The notes beneath the pieces are model-generated. The model saw only the letters and a list, made by a program, of their open reading frames with translations, searched no databases and was not told where the DNA came from. 37,187 bases of DNA, from the sequence record SRR20825006_2688; one strand, given 5' to 3'. The stretch's first letter is position 1. Every line of letters starts with the position of its first letter. Shown piece after piece: positions 27,832 through 37,097 of this stretch. The translations under genes and the position numbers were made by a program.

Positions 27832-29480
27832 CAGTTGGCTCGCTTTGATGGGTTCGATCCGTTCATTGAATCACGCAAAAACTGATCGCGTAATTCCCAC
27901 CAACGATCCGCCATTTGTTGGACTCGTTCAGGATGCTTGTCAGCCACGTCGTTTTGTTCAGCCCGGTCGTTGGCCAGGTGATAAAGTTGCCAATCACCGT
28001 CTTCTTTGGACTCATTGGCCGCGGTTTCGGAACGCAGCCAAGGAAAGGGGCGAGAGATGTTGGAGTGAATGATCTTCCAATCGCCTTGCCGCAGTGCCCA
28101 GTTGCCTTCGTGATAGAACCACAACTCGTCATGAATTGTGGCATCGCTGTCATCAAAAGATGGTTTCAAACTTTGGCCGCTCATCGGTGGGCCAGCCGTC
28201 TCGTCAAGCTCGACCCTGGCGAGATCTAGCACGGTCGGTGCAATGTCGATCGCGTGTCCAAGATTGGTCCGCAACTCGTTGTTCGAACGGATTCCCTCAG
28301 GCCAATGAACGATGAACGGCGTCGAGATGCCTCCTTCATGCACCCACGTCTTGTGCCGACGGAACGGGGTGTTCGCCGCGCTGCTGAATCCAGGGCCCAA
28401 GCACAGATACGTCGCTGCCGAGCCGGGTGACGCGGAAGGATCATGTCCTTCGCCACGGACCATGATCTCCGCACTCGCACCGTTGTCCGACAGAAAACAG
28501 ATCCAAGTGTTTTCGAATTGGCCCATTTCTTTCAACTGGGCGAGCACACGCCCGATCTCCCGATCCATGCGATCCACCATGGCCGCGTGGATCGCCATCT
28601 TGGTTGCTTGGAATTGTTGTTGCTCTTCGGTCAGCTCAACCCATGGCAACGGGCGAGTGATCTCCCCTTCGCCGAGCACCTCGATCTGGTCGGGGAAGGC
28701 ATAAGGCGGCCCCACCTCTTGCTCGATCGGGGACAGAGGTCCGACGTCCAGCCCAAGTTCGCGTTGCCGTTGTTTGCGTTCTTCCCGCAGTGCATCCCAT
28801 CCGGCGATGTATCGGTCTCGATAACGCTCGATGTCTTCCGGCAAAGCGTGCAATGGAAAGTGGGGAGCGTGGAATGCGAGGAAGTGAAAGAACGGCTGGT
28901 CAGCATGATCCTCGGCGTGTTCCTGCAAACAATCAATCGCGTGTTGAGCGGTCGCGGTGGTCCGATAGAATTTGGGATCGCGATTCTTCTTGCGGATCGA
29001 GTCAAAGAACCCCGGACTTCGGGTGGCTTCGTCGGAGAGATCAAACCCGTTGTTGGTTGGCTTTCCATCGATGTGCCATTTGCCCGAGTGATAGGTGCGA
29101 TACCCAGCCGGGCGAAGGTATTCCGCCAACGTCTGAGCCCAATCGGGGCGTTTTCCACCGCCGCCGTATTGTCGCGTCGCCCCCGGCATGCTGTCACGAC
29201 GCACCTGTTGTGGGTAGTAGCCCGTCATCACCGCCGCTCGCGTCGGCCAACACCTCGCCGTGTTGTAGAACTGCGTGTACCGCAATCCGCCGGCAGCCAA
29301 CGCATCCAAATTGGGAGTCGCAATCTCACCGCCGTAACATCCAGGATCTGAAAACCCCAGATCATCGGCCAGTATCACCAGGAAGTTCGGTCGCTCGGAT
29401 GCCATGGAGGGATTGCAAGCCACGCCCATCCAGGCGACTGCCATCACCCAAATTACATTCCGCACGTTTCGAAAGTTCAT
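27831..29480 (-). CDS. Secreted S1 arylsulfatase-type enzyme
   Basis: RPNFLVILADDLGFSD, ARCWPTRAAVMTG (CxPxR), SGKWH, APHFPLHA and SDNGAS. Start moved to the ATG at 29480 because the upstream extension runs into the REP array. Stop overlaps the next start by 1 nt. Confidence 0.94.
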   Translation of the reverse strand: MNFRNVRNVIWVMAVAWMGVACNPSMASERPNFLVILADDLGFSDPGCYGGEIATPNLDALAAGGLRYTQFYNTARCWPTRAAVMTGYYPQQVRRDSMPGATRQYGGGGKRPDWAQTLAEYLRPAGYRTYHSGKWHIDGKPTNNGFDLSDEATRSPGFFDSIRKKNRDPKFYRTTATAQHAIDCLQEHAEDHADQPFFHFLAFHAPHFPLHALPEDIERYRDRYIAGWDALREERKQRQRELGLDVGPLSPIEQEVGPPYAFPDQIEVLGEGEITRPLPWVELTEEQQQFQATKMAIHAAMVDRMDREIGRVLAQLKEMGQFENTWICFLSDNGASAEIMVRGEGHDPSASPGSAATYLCLGPGFSSAANTPFRRHKTWVHEGGISTPFIVHWPEGIRSNNELRTNLGHAIDIAPTVLDLARVELDETAGPPMSGQSLKPSFDDSDATIHDELWFYHEGNWALRQGDWKIIHSNISRPFPWLRSETAANESKEDGDWQLYHLANDRAEQNDVADKHPERVQQMADRWWELRDQFLRDSMNGSNPSKRAN

Positions 29481-29525
29481 CTCAGTTGTCTCTAGAGGTT
29501 GATTGCAATGTTTTGGAGGTGGTGT

Positions 29526-29636
29526 CCCGTAGGTTGGGCTTCCAAGCCCGACCAAAACAGAGGACGCTGTTTTTTCGACGGTCTAGGAAGACCATCGTAC
29601 TGTTTGCTCCCGACGGTCTTGGAAGACCATCGTACG
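29526..29636. repeat. REP array (BIME/REPIN-like), copy 1 of a 111-bp direct repeat
   Basis: REP-A GTAG-GTTGGGCTT-CC-AAGCCCGAC at 29529-29552 (+). Two REP-B GTAC-GATGGTCTT-CC-(A/T)AGACCGTC at 29577-29600 and 29612-29635 (-). Confidence 0.9.
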
Positions 29637-29669
29637 GTTTCTCGCGTTGCACTTGACCAGTCTCGTCGC

Positions 29670-30362
29670 TCATTTCCCGTCCTTCGAATCCCGAAATCCC
29701 CAGCCTTTCGATTCCCATTCGGGGTGAATCCAGCGAACCCATTGCCGCTCTTCATAACCGGCCTTCTTTGGGTTGTTGCCGATGTACTGAATGACGCGAT
29801 AGAGATGTTCTTCATCTCGGATAATTCGGTCGTGGCTTTCTTGCGTCCAAAGTGGACCCTCTCGATGCAGTTCTCGATTGACCATGCGGCTGACATACCC
29901 TTTCAAGTCTCGAAGAATCTTTTCAAGAAGGTGGTCACCCAAAGGTTTCATCACGAGGTGAACGTGGTTGTGCATCACGCAATAGCAAGACGTGAGATAA
30001 CGATCGTTTTGGAACTGCAACATCGACTTTGCCATCACATCGGCTAACGTAGGGTTCTCAAACACGCACTCGCCGTAGCCTTCGTCCAGCCAGGCTTCGG
30101 TACGGTGAGTGATCTGTTTTGCGAGCAGTTCCCAATCGGCGTCTGTTTGTGGTTGTCCGTTCGATCGCTCCCATATCTCTCGCCATCGTTGAAGGCTTCG
30201 AAGTTGATCTTGTGGAATCGAGTCTGACAGCCGAAATGTGATCGCATAGGTCGCTCCGGCCTGCCGCCAGTGTGGAAGGTGCCGGTGATAAGTTTCGATG
30301 GGCAGATCTGGGTGCAAACCGCGAAAACCGGGAGGAGCATTCAAGTGAAATGTTTCGCTCAC
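29670..30362 (-). mobile_element. REP-associated tyrosine transposase (RAYT / TnpA-REP, Y1 HUH superfamily)
   Basis: RHLPHW..ATYAITFRLSDSIP, YCVMHNHVHLV (HUH), LWTQESHDRIIR and YIGNNP (catalytic Tyr). GTG start at 30362 with an AAGGAG Shine-Dalgarno. REP arrays lie on both sides. Confidence 0.92.
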
Positions 30363-30409
30363 GTGAGACTCCTTATTCTGTTCGAAAGATCCTTCACGCC
30401 TGGTTCCTC

Positions 30410-30545
30410 GCAGGTTGGGCTTCCAAGCCAAGCACCCGTAGGTAGGGCTTCCAAGCCCGACCAAAACAGAAGACGCTGTTTTTTCGACGGTCTTGGAAGA
30501 CCATCGTACTGTTTGTTGACGACGGTCTTGGAAGACCATCGTACG
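30410..30545. repeat. REP array, copy 2 of the 111-bp direct repeat (30435-30545) plus a degenerate extra REP-A
   Basis: Degenerate GCAG-GTTGGGCTT-CC-AAGCC from 30410, REP-A at 30438-30461, REP-B at 30486-30509 and 30521-30544. Bases 30435-30545 match 29526-29636 at 105/111. Confidence 0.9.
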
Positions 30546-30548
30546 TGT

Positions 30549-33218
30549 TTAGCGGCCTGCGTCCGCGAAGTTCCATTCGTGAATGGGGACGCCGTTGCCA
30601 TCGAGCAAACGCATTTGCCGGATTTCGATTTGGCCAGCTCCATTGGACGGATCGATTCGGACGCCCTGCACTGGGCCTTGCGGCGAAAGCTGAATGGAAT
30701 AGGTGTGAACGTTGCCATCATGATTCACATCGAAGACCTGGCTTCGCTCCGCTGAATACGGCTGACCAACTTCCTTCCAGAACACCTGCCCGCGACCCAA
30801 TGAATTTGATTGCATTTCAACGGTGAACGTCATCGTGGATGCCTTCACCAGTTCGGGAAGCGAGAAACTCAAGTGCGGATCACCGCCGGTGCTGCTGACT
30901 CGCAGCACACTGTTGGCGACGGAAAGGTCGCAGGTCCCACCGGGCAACCAACCAGCGACCGGTTTCCGTTGAACTCGCTGCTTGCCCTTCTTGGGTTTGT
31001 TGCCGCTGCGTTTCAGATTGCCTTTGCCTTCGGCGCCCGCGTTGTACTTGGCGGGATCAAAGTTTTTGTTGACCAGCGGTCTGACGGCTTTGGTTTCAAC
31101 CAGATGCTGCTCGATCAACTTGTCCATTTGCTGGACCCGGTCGGGATGTTTTGCTGCCAGGTTGGTTCGTTCACCGAGGTCGTTCTTCAGGTTGAAAAGT
31201 TTGTAGCGATGCGAGCCGTTTGGACCGCCATGAAAGATGCGGATGAGTTTCCAATCGCCTTGATGCACGCTGACCGAAGGCGGCATCCAATTCGGCACAG
31301 GAGGGTCATGAGGAAAGTACGTGAAGATCGCGTCTCGCTGCAGCGGTTTCCCTTGCAATGCGGGAACAATGCTGACACCATCGAAACGCTGGTTCGGCTG
31401 AGCGTCGATCGACAACATCTCCAAAAGCGTCGGATAGAAATCGATGCTTTGAATGATCGCATCGCTTCGTGATCCGGATTCCACCACACCGGGTTGGACA
31501 ACGATCGCCGGGCCACGCACACCGCCTTCGTACATCGTCGCCTTGCCGCCTCGCAGAGGAGCGTTGCTGGTCGCGGTCGTGCCATCGACCTCGTTGTACA
31601 TGTTGCCACCGTTGTCCGATGCGAAAACGATGATCGTTTCGTCGCCGATTCCCAGACGGTCCAGCGTGTCCAGCAACGTGCCAATCGCATCGTCCATGCT
31701 TTCGATCATCGCGGCGTACGTGGGGCAACGTTGCGGATCCTTTGGGTCAACGCGATCTCGATATTCTTCGATCAACTCTTTCTTGGCATCAAACGGTGCG
31801 TGAACGCTAAACATCCAGTAGTTCAGGAAGAACGGCTCGTTTGTGTGTTGCTCGAGGAAGCGAACCGCTTCCTTGGCCATCCGATCCTCGAGGTGCTCGT
31901 CCGGGATCATCGGATCGTGGTCGAAGTCCTTGAACTTCCAAGGTGCGACATAGCTGCCCGCAGGACCTGGCCCGGGATGGTGCGGCACATCGACGTCGAA
32001 ACCATGTTCCAGAGGTGAGTAGGGTTCAGGGCCCAAGTGCCATTTTCCGAAATGCCCGGTCGCGTAGCCGTTGTCACGGAACATCTCCGCCAGCGTGTAG
32101 TACTTTGTGTTCAGACGTGTAACCGATTCGGGGACCGTTGAAAACTTATTCGGCGGGCCGGTCTCAGACACCTTCGGTTCCAAAACCACCTTCGGCAGGT
32201 GACAGGTCGGGGAAGTGATGCCGTGCCGCGCGGGGCTGAGCCCGGTTAAAACACTCGCTCGTGTTGGCGAACACAGCGGGCTGGACGAGTATGCCCGAGT
32301 GAACATCATCCCACGTTTTGCGAGTCGTTCAATGTTGGGTGTCTGATAAAGCTTGGTGGTTCCAAACAGCGTCGTGTCGCTCCATCCCAGGTCATCGGCC
32401 AGGATGAACAGCACGTTGGGACGCTTTGATGCACGGGCATTTGGTATTGCGGCGGGTTCTTTCTTGAGCTCTTTCACTCGGATGTTCTTCCACAACACGG
32501 TGCCTTTCGCACCTTTGTGAACCTGCAGACCGAAAAAGCCTTTGGGGTAGGATCCATCGTCGATCCAGTGAGCCGCTGGCACGCCGTTGATCCAGGTTTT
32601 GACGACGTTGCCCTGAGCAGAAATCGTCACGCGATTCCAAATGTCTTCTTTCGTGGCTGCTCTCGCTTCCTTGTGCTCTTTCAACCACAGTGGATAAAAG
32701 TAACCGCCGCAGCTCTGACCATAGATGCCGCCCGACCAATGACGATCTTGAGTGAAGCCCTCCATCTCTGCCTGAGGACCAAACACCGTTTCCGTTCCGT
32801 TCTTGCCCGGTTTGGATTGAGCACGGAACATCACGCCGCTGTTACAGGACTCTTCCCACTTCATATCGCAGGTAAAAATGAAGTCGTCGAAGTCATCTCG
32901 TTCGGTTGATAGATAAGTGCTGTTGGAACCTGGCACCACTTTGCCAACCAGGATCCCGTCTTTCACCTCAAACGTGCAGCTGCCACCTTTGGCTGTCCAG
33001 CCACTCAGGTCCTTGCCATTGAACAGCGAGGTGAATCCCTCCGACAGATCTGGCTCCGAGTCCGTGTTGAGCAACATCTCCTCGGGAAAAGGAGCGTTGT
33101 CTTGGCCTTTGTACTTTGCATGCCAAGCATGCTGTTGAGGGTCGAGTTCACCCGCCACGACATGGCCAGTGCAAAAGCACATCGCGAAAGCGAGCAGTGA
33201 GAGAGCGATTCGATTCAT
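30549..33218 (-). CDS. Secreted multidomain protein: DUF1080 (3-keto-disaccharide hydrolase-like) + S1 sulfatase + C-terminal beta-rich domain
   Basis: [38 protein letters not shown] (DUF1080), then [28 protein letters not shown] and GKWHLG. C-terminal TGGDPHL..QVFW..VRIDP. Confidence 0.92.
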   Translation of the reverse strand: MNRIALSLLAFAMCFCTGHVVAGELDPQQHAWHAKYKGQDNAPFPEEMLLNTDSEPDLSEGFTSLFNGKDLSGWTAKGGSCTFEVKDGILVGKVVPGSNSTYLSTERDDFDDFIFTCDMKWEESCNSGVMFRAQSKPGKNGTETVFGPQAEMEGFTQDRHWSGGIYGQSCGGYFYPLWLKEHKEARAATKEDIWNRVTISAQGNVVKTWINGVPAAHWIDDGSYPKGFFGLQVHKGAKGTVLWKNIRVKELKKEPAAIPNARASKRPNVLFILADDLGWSDTTLFGTTKLYQTPNIERLAKRGMMFTRAYSSSPLCSPTRASVLTGLSPARHGITSPTCHLPKVVLEPKVSETGPPNKFSTVPESVTRLNTKYYTLAEMFRDNGYATGHFGKWHLGPEPYSPLEHGFDVDVPHHPGPGPAGSYVAPWKFKDFDHDPMIPDEHLEDRMAKEAVRFLEQHTNEPFFLNYWMFSVHAPFDAKKELIEEYRDRVDPKDPQRCPTYAAMIESMDDAIGTLLDTLDRLGIGDETIIVFASDNGGNMYNEVDGTTATSNAPLRGGKATMYEGGVRGPAIVVQPGVVESGSRSDAIIQSIDFYPTLLEMLSIDAQPNQRFDGVSIVPALQGKPLQRDAIFTYFPHDPPVPNWMPPSVSVHQGDWKLIRIFHGGPNGSHRYKLFNLKNDLGERTNLAAKHPDRVQQMDKLIEQHLVETKAVRPLVNKNFDPAKYNAGAEGKGNLKRSGNKPKKGKQRVQRKPVAGWLPGGTCDLSVANSVLRVSSTGGDPHLSFSLPELVKASTMTFTVEMQSNSLGRGQVFWKEVGQPYSAERSQVFDVNHDGNVHTYSIQLSPQGPVQGVRIDPSNGAGQIEIRQMRLLDGNGVPIHEWNFADAGR

Positions 33219-33324
33219 GGTGGTTGTCCGGTGGGGATCGGCAGCCGGTGTGGCGGCAGGCCAGTGTTAAGGCAGGAGGGATGCGGGGTTGGTTGAAGTG
33301 GGAGTGGGACGGATGACTGAGCGA

Positions 33325-36300
33325 TCAATCGACCAGTCGATAAATCGAGATCGATTCGATCATCATTTCGCCAGCATTCGCGTACTCATCGTAAGTCGCG
33401 AAGGGATCGAATCGAAGTTTTCCCACGGTCAAGCCATCGGGAATTGCGAAAAGATAGGCATTCACGGCGTCCGATTGTCGAAGCAACCGCTTGGTTTGCT
33501 GCTGGCCGTTGAAACCTCGGCCGGGAATCGCCCAGTAAAATTGGCTGGTCGAATTCTGTGAGGGCGATGCCCGTAGCTCGATGACTAATTTCCCTTCAAG
33601 CGGTTTAGTCATTCGAACTGCCATCTGCGAATCGTCGCCAGTTGCGACCAGATAAGCCGAGCCATTTCGCTGTTCAATATCAACACTTTTTCGTTCGCCC
33701 CATTGAGCCAGGTCTTGTGGGTTTCGGAAGTCCCACGACTCCAGCTTTGTCGCATCGGTCAGATCGATCTCGCCTGGATTGATGGAGTTGTCTTTTGGCT
33801 CCGATGACTTCAGTGGAACTTTTGCTGGTGCGATGCCGCTGGACGCCGAAAACTCGTAGCTGCCCGAATGAACCGTTAATGCAACCGCATTGATTTCTTT
33901 TCGAAGAATGCTGACGTTCGCGGTGTCCGCTAAAGCGTTTCCACTCTCTGTGATGCTGTTGGCATCGTTCGTCGGAAGGTAGACCGTCGCCGTCGTGTTG
34001 GCCGGGATCGTGACGTTCAGATAAAATCTACCGTCGACCATTTTCCATTCGCTGCGAATCGTTCCGCGAATGGATTCATACGAAGCTTTGACCCAGTTGA
34101 TTGGTTCGTACATCGCGTTGCTTCCGGGTGATGGCGGCGTTGGCCGGATCACAATCCGCTTGAATCCAGGACCGTCGGATTGGATCCCCGCCAGCGTCGC
34201 AAACATCCATTCGCAAACCGCGCCGAAAGCGTAGTGGGAGAACGAGTTCATCGCCGCGTTGTGTCGACCAAATGCATCCTCTTTGGTGTAGCTGTCCCAG
34301 CGTTCCCAAATCGTGGTCGCACCGTTGGAGATTTCGTAACCCCAAGAAGGAAATTCGCGAGACTGCAACAGGAACGTGGCCAGATCATGTTGCCCCGAAC
34401 CTGACAAAACAGGCAGCAACGGTCGTGTGCCGAGGAAGCCGGTCGCCATGTGATTGCCGTTCTCCGACAAACGTTTCGCCAGGTATTTCCCCGTGGCTTC
34501 GCGTTGATCCGCGGGAACCAAATCCGCGAACAATGCCAATGCTTGAGCGGTTTGAGTTCGGACGGTGATGCTGCCATCTTCGTTCAGGTACTTTGCCTGA
34601 AACGCTGCTTGCGTCGCGGCACGCTGCTGGCGGTAAAGCTTGGCTTCTTCATCACGACCGGTTGCTTCGGCCATCTCAGCCATCATCCGTGCCGAGATTG
34701 CAAAGTAAACGGTGTCGATGTAGTCGAGCGGTGTTTCTTCGCCTTGAGACAACCAGTCGCCCCAAGCGTTTCCATGTGACACGCCGAGATCGTTCACGCT
34801 GGTTTGTTTCCGCCACCGCATGAAACGAGTCATCGGTTCCCAGCATTCATCGATCACTCGGGTGTCGCCGTAAAATTGCCAGATCGTCCACGGGCAGATG
34901 ACACCCGCGTCAGCCCACGCCGTTCCGAAGTCCCAACCGTGTTGAAAGGGATACGGAGCGTAGCCGGGGAAAGCCCCACTGGGACGCTGTGACTCCATCA
35001 ACTCGCGAAGCCATTTGGTGTAGAACGCACCGATGTCTGCGTTGTAAGCGGCAGTCGCGACGTAGGCCTGAGCGTCGCCTGTCCATCCCATCCGCTCATC
35101 GCGTTGCGGGCAATCAGTGGGCAGATCGAGGAAGTTGGCTCGTTGGGTCCAGAGCACATTTTTGAAAAGTTGGTTAACCATTGGGTCGCTGCATTCAAAC
35201 GTGCTCGCCATGGGCGTGTCGCTGTGCAGCACCAATCCGGTGACCATGTCCAACGGAGGCGTCTGATCATTCTGCGAGTCTGTCGCTTTGCCTGCGTCCT
35301 CGTTTGAATCCGACAAGCGTTTGACTTCCACGAACTGAAAGCCGTGAAAGGTGAATCGAGGTTGGTAAACTTCCCCGTCGGGATTGCCTTTGCAGGTGTA
35401 GTAGTCCGTCGCTCTTGCCTTGCGAAGGTTCTCGGTCATCAGGCGACCGTCGGGATGCAACATCTCTCCGTAACGCAGTCGAATTCGCTCGCCCTCGCGT
35501 CCTTTGACCTTCAGGCGAATCGTTCCAGCGAAGTTTTGCCCAAGGTCAAAGATGAACGTGCCCGGTTCCAAATTCGACACGGTTTTCGCGTGGATTTCTT
35601 GAGTGACACGAACCGGCACACCGGGAAACGCCTCCAGTTCGGGCCGTTTGAAACCAAAGTCACGTTGCTCGCCGACCTTCTTCACGCCGGCACCAGTCGT
35701 GGTTGGGTTGCGGAACTCGTAGAACGTGGCAGTCACCTGGCCATTTTGCTTCGCCAAAATCGCGTCGTCCCAATGGTCATGATCGAAACCAGGTTCGGAC
35801 CAACCAACCATCTCGCGGCGTGCGTCGTAGGATTCACCCATCAGAAGGTCAGCCTCTTGAATCGGGCCTTCGCCGGTTACCTTCCACGTCGTGTCGGTTC
35901 CGATGGTTTGTTTCGTTCCGTCTTCGAATTCGATCTCGAGTTGCGACATGAACGAAGGAGTCTTTCCGTAGGTTGATCGCCCGTTCTTTTCCGGCCCCAT
36001 CCCGGTCAACAATCCAAAACCTACATAGCCGCTGTACCAACCGTCAGCGACCCAAGCACCGATCGCGTTGTCGCCTTGGCGAACCAAGTCGGTGACGTCG
36101 TATGTGTTGTAGTAGGCTCGCTTTCGATAGTCCGTCCAACCAGGCGCGAAGCTGGCATCGCCGACACGTTGACCGTTTAGATGCAGCTCATAGATGCCGA
36201 GTGCCGTTGCGTAAACAGTGGCACGTTTGATCGATTTGGAAGCCGAGAACTCTTTTCGATACTGTCGCGCCGCTGGCAGGTGAAGCGTTGAAAGATCCGT

Positions 36301-36759
36301 GTGGATCGGCGAGTCGTCGCGATAGCTGATGTAGTCGGCGGACCAATCGCTTTGGTCGAGCAATCCCATCGACCAGGAGGCGACCTCGCTCTCGGTTGCG
36401 TTGCCAGCCCCATCCCAGACCTGGACCTTCCAAAAGCATTCTTGGCGACTTGAAAGCGGCCTGCCCGCGTACTCGACGAACAAGGTTTGATCAGATTTCA
36501 CCTTGCCGGAATCCCAAAGGTCACCGACGCCAGATCCAAGCTGCTCTTCCGAAGAGGCGACAAGCAACCGATACGCGGTCTGCGATTGTCCCCGTCGATC
36601 GGATGTGACCTGCCAACTCAATCGAGGCCGAGCGGAGTCGATCCCGGTCGGATTCTCCAGGTATTCACACCGCAATCGTTGTGGCTCGAGAGCGGAAACG
36701 GACGACGAGGCCGCGACGCAGATTGCCGTCAGAAACAGAATGGATAGGAGCGTCTTCAA
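33325..36759 (-). CDS. Secreted alpha-L-rhamnosidase, glycoside hydrolase family 78, with extra C-terminal domain
   Basis: LRCEYLENPTGID..PRLSW, LWDSGKV, TALGIYE, FDLGQNFAG, PRFTFHGFQFVEV, PTDCPQRDERMGWTGDAQ, GATTIWERWD and MNSFSHYAFG. TTG start with signal peptide. Confidence 0.96.
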   Translation of the reverse strand: MKTLLSILFLTAICVAASSSVSALEPQRLRCEYLENPTGIDSARPRLSWQVTSDRRGQSQTAYRLLVASSEEQLGSGVGDLWDSGKVKSDQTLFVEYAGRPLSSRQECFWKVQVWDGAGNATESEVASWSMGLLDQSDWSADYISYRDDSPIHTDLSTLHLPAARQYRKEFSASKSIKRATVYATALGIYELHLNGQRVGDASFAPGWTDYRKRAYYNTYDVTDLVRQGDNAIGAWVADGWYSGYVGFGLLTGMGPEKNGRSTYGKTPSFMSQLEIEFEDGTKQTIGTDTTWKVTGEGPIQEADLLMGESYDARREMVGWSEPGFDHDHWDDAILAKQNGQVTATFYEFRNPTTTGAGVKKVGEQRDFGFKRPELEAFPGVPVRVTQEIHAKTVSNLEPGTFIFDLGQNFAGTIRLKVKGREGERIRLRYGEMLHPDGRLMTENLRKARATDYYTCKGNPDGEVYQPRFTFHGFQFVEVKRLSDSNEDAGKATDSQNDQTPPLDMVTGLVLHSDTPMASTFECSDPMVNQLFKNVLWTQRANFLDLPTDCPQRDERMGWTGDAQAYVATAAYNADIGAFYTKWLRELMESQRPSGAFPGYAPYPFQHGWDFGTAWADAGVICPWTIWQFYGDTRVIDECWEPMTRFMRWRKQTSVNDLGVSHGNAWGDWLSQGEETPLDYIDTVYFAISARMMAEMAEATGRDEEAKLYRQQRAATQAAFQAKYLNEDGSITVRTQTAQALALFADLVPADQREATGKYLAKRLSENGNHMATGFLGTRPLLPVLSGSGQHDLATFLLQSREFPSWGYEISNGATTIWERWDSYTKEDAFGRHNAAMNSFSHYAFGAVCEWMFATLAGIQSDGPGFKRIVIRPTPPSPGSNAMYEPINWVKASYESIRGTIRSEWKMVDGRFYLNVTIPANTTATVYLPTNDANSITESGNALADTANVSILRKEINAVALTVHSGSYEFSASSGIAPAKVPLKSSEPKDNSINPGEIDLTDATKLESWDFRNPQDLAQWGERKSVDIEQRNGSAYLVATGDDSQMAVRMTKPLEGKLVIELRASPSQNSTSQFYWAIPGRGFNGQQQTKRLLRQSDAVNAYLFAIPDGLTVGKLRFDPFATYDEYANAGEMMIESISIYRLVD

Positions 36760-36928
36760 TGGTCGAACCAGGATGGAGGAAAGCTCAGCAGATCGCCCCT
36801 TAGCGAGTCAAATCCACGAAAAACGGGGCAACTGGCGTCGATCTTGCCAGCCATCCTCGTTCACGCGAAATCCGGCTAAGGGCCGTGAAAACCTTCGTCC
36901 GGCGCACTAGCGTCGCCAGGACATCCCC

Positions 36929-36991
36929 AATCTAGCTAGGGCCGTGACCGCAAACCTTTGCGATTGCGCAAGCGACCAGCACGATCGTGCC
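36929..36991 (-). promoter_or_regulatory. Candidate activator-dependent promoter of the GH78/sulfatase unit with two tandem RhaS-like half-sites
   Basis: Minus strand: GGCACGATCGTGCTGGT (36991-36975) and TGCGCAATCGCAAAGGT (36970-36954), the latter overlapping AGGTTT, then a 17-nt spacer and TAGATT (36934-36929). Mirrors the rhaA upstream region. Confidence 0.62.
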
Positions 36992-37097
36992 AAGTCAATA
37001 GAGGAGCGGTCTGGCGGTGGAGGTTGCCGTTGATTCAGTGCTCGCCACTCGCTTCGCTTCACTCGCCCCTCCCGGGGGGAGCGGTGGAGTGTGCTGT

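Noticed and set aside
13556-29656. Long opposite-strand ORFs (13556-14299, 19466-20326, 21859-22428, 23584-24309, 26440-27363, 28443-29351, 28790-29656)
   Set aside because: They are antisense shadows of well-supported genes, show no recognisable motifs and are expected at this GC content.
30363-30539. 59-aa N-terminal extension of the RAYT ORF, and the similar extension 29481-29555 of the sulfatase ORF
   Set aside because: These are translations of the REP cassettes. A Shine-Dalgarno-supported GTG at 30362 and a signal-peptide ATG at 29480 are better starts.
29526-30545. The 24-nt repeated units as a CRISPR array
   Set aside because: Units alternate in orientation, spacers are only 11-24 nt and are themselves duplicated, no cas genes are present, and the adjacent gene is a RAYT. 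These are REPs.
36976-36992. TGGCACG here and at 21988-21994 (minus strand) as sigma-54 promoters
   Set aside because: The GG-N10-GC spacing is not met (N9 here, no GC at rhaA). They fit better as AraC-type half-sites.
37046-37090. GC-rich imperfect hairpin (CACTCGCCCCTCCCGGGGGGAGCGGTG) as a further REP family or terminator
   Set aside because: It is a single degenerate copy in the window with no U-tract and cannot be classified without a genome-wide search.
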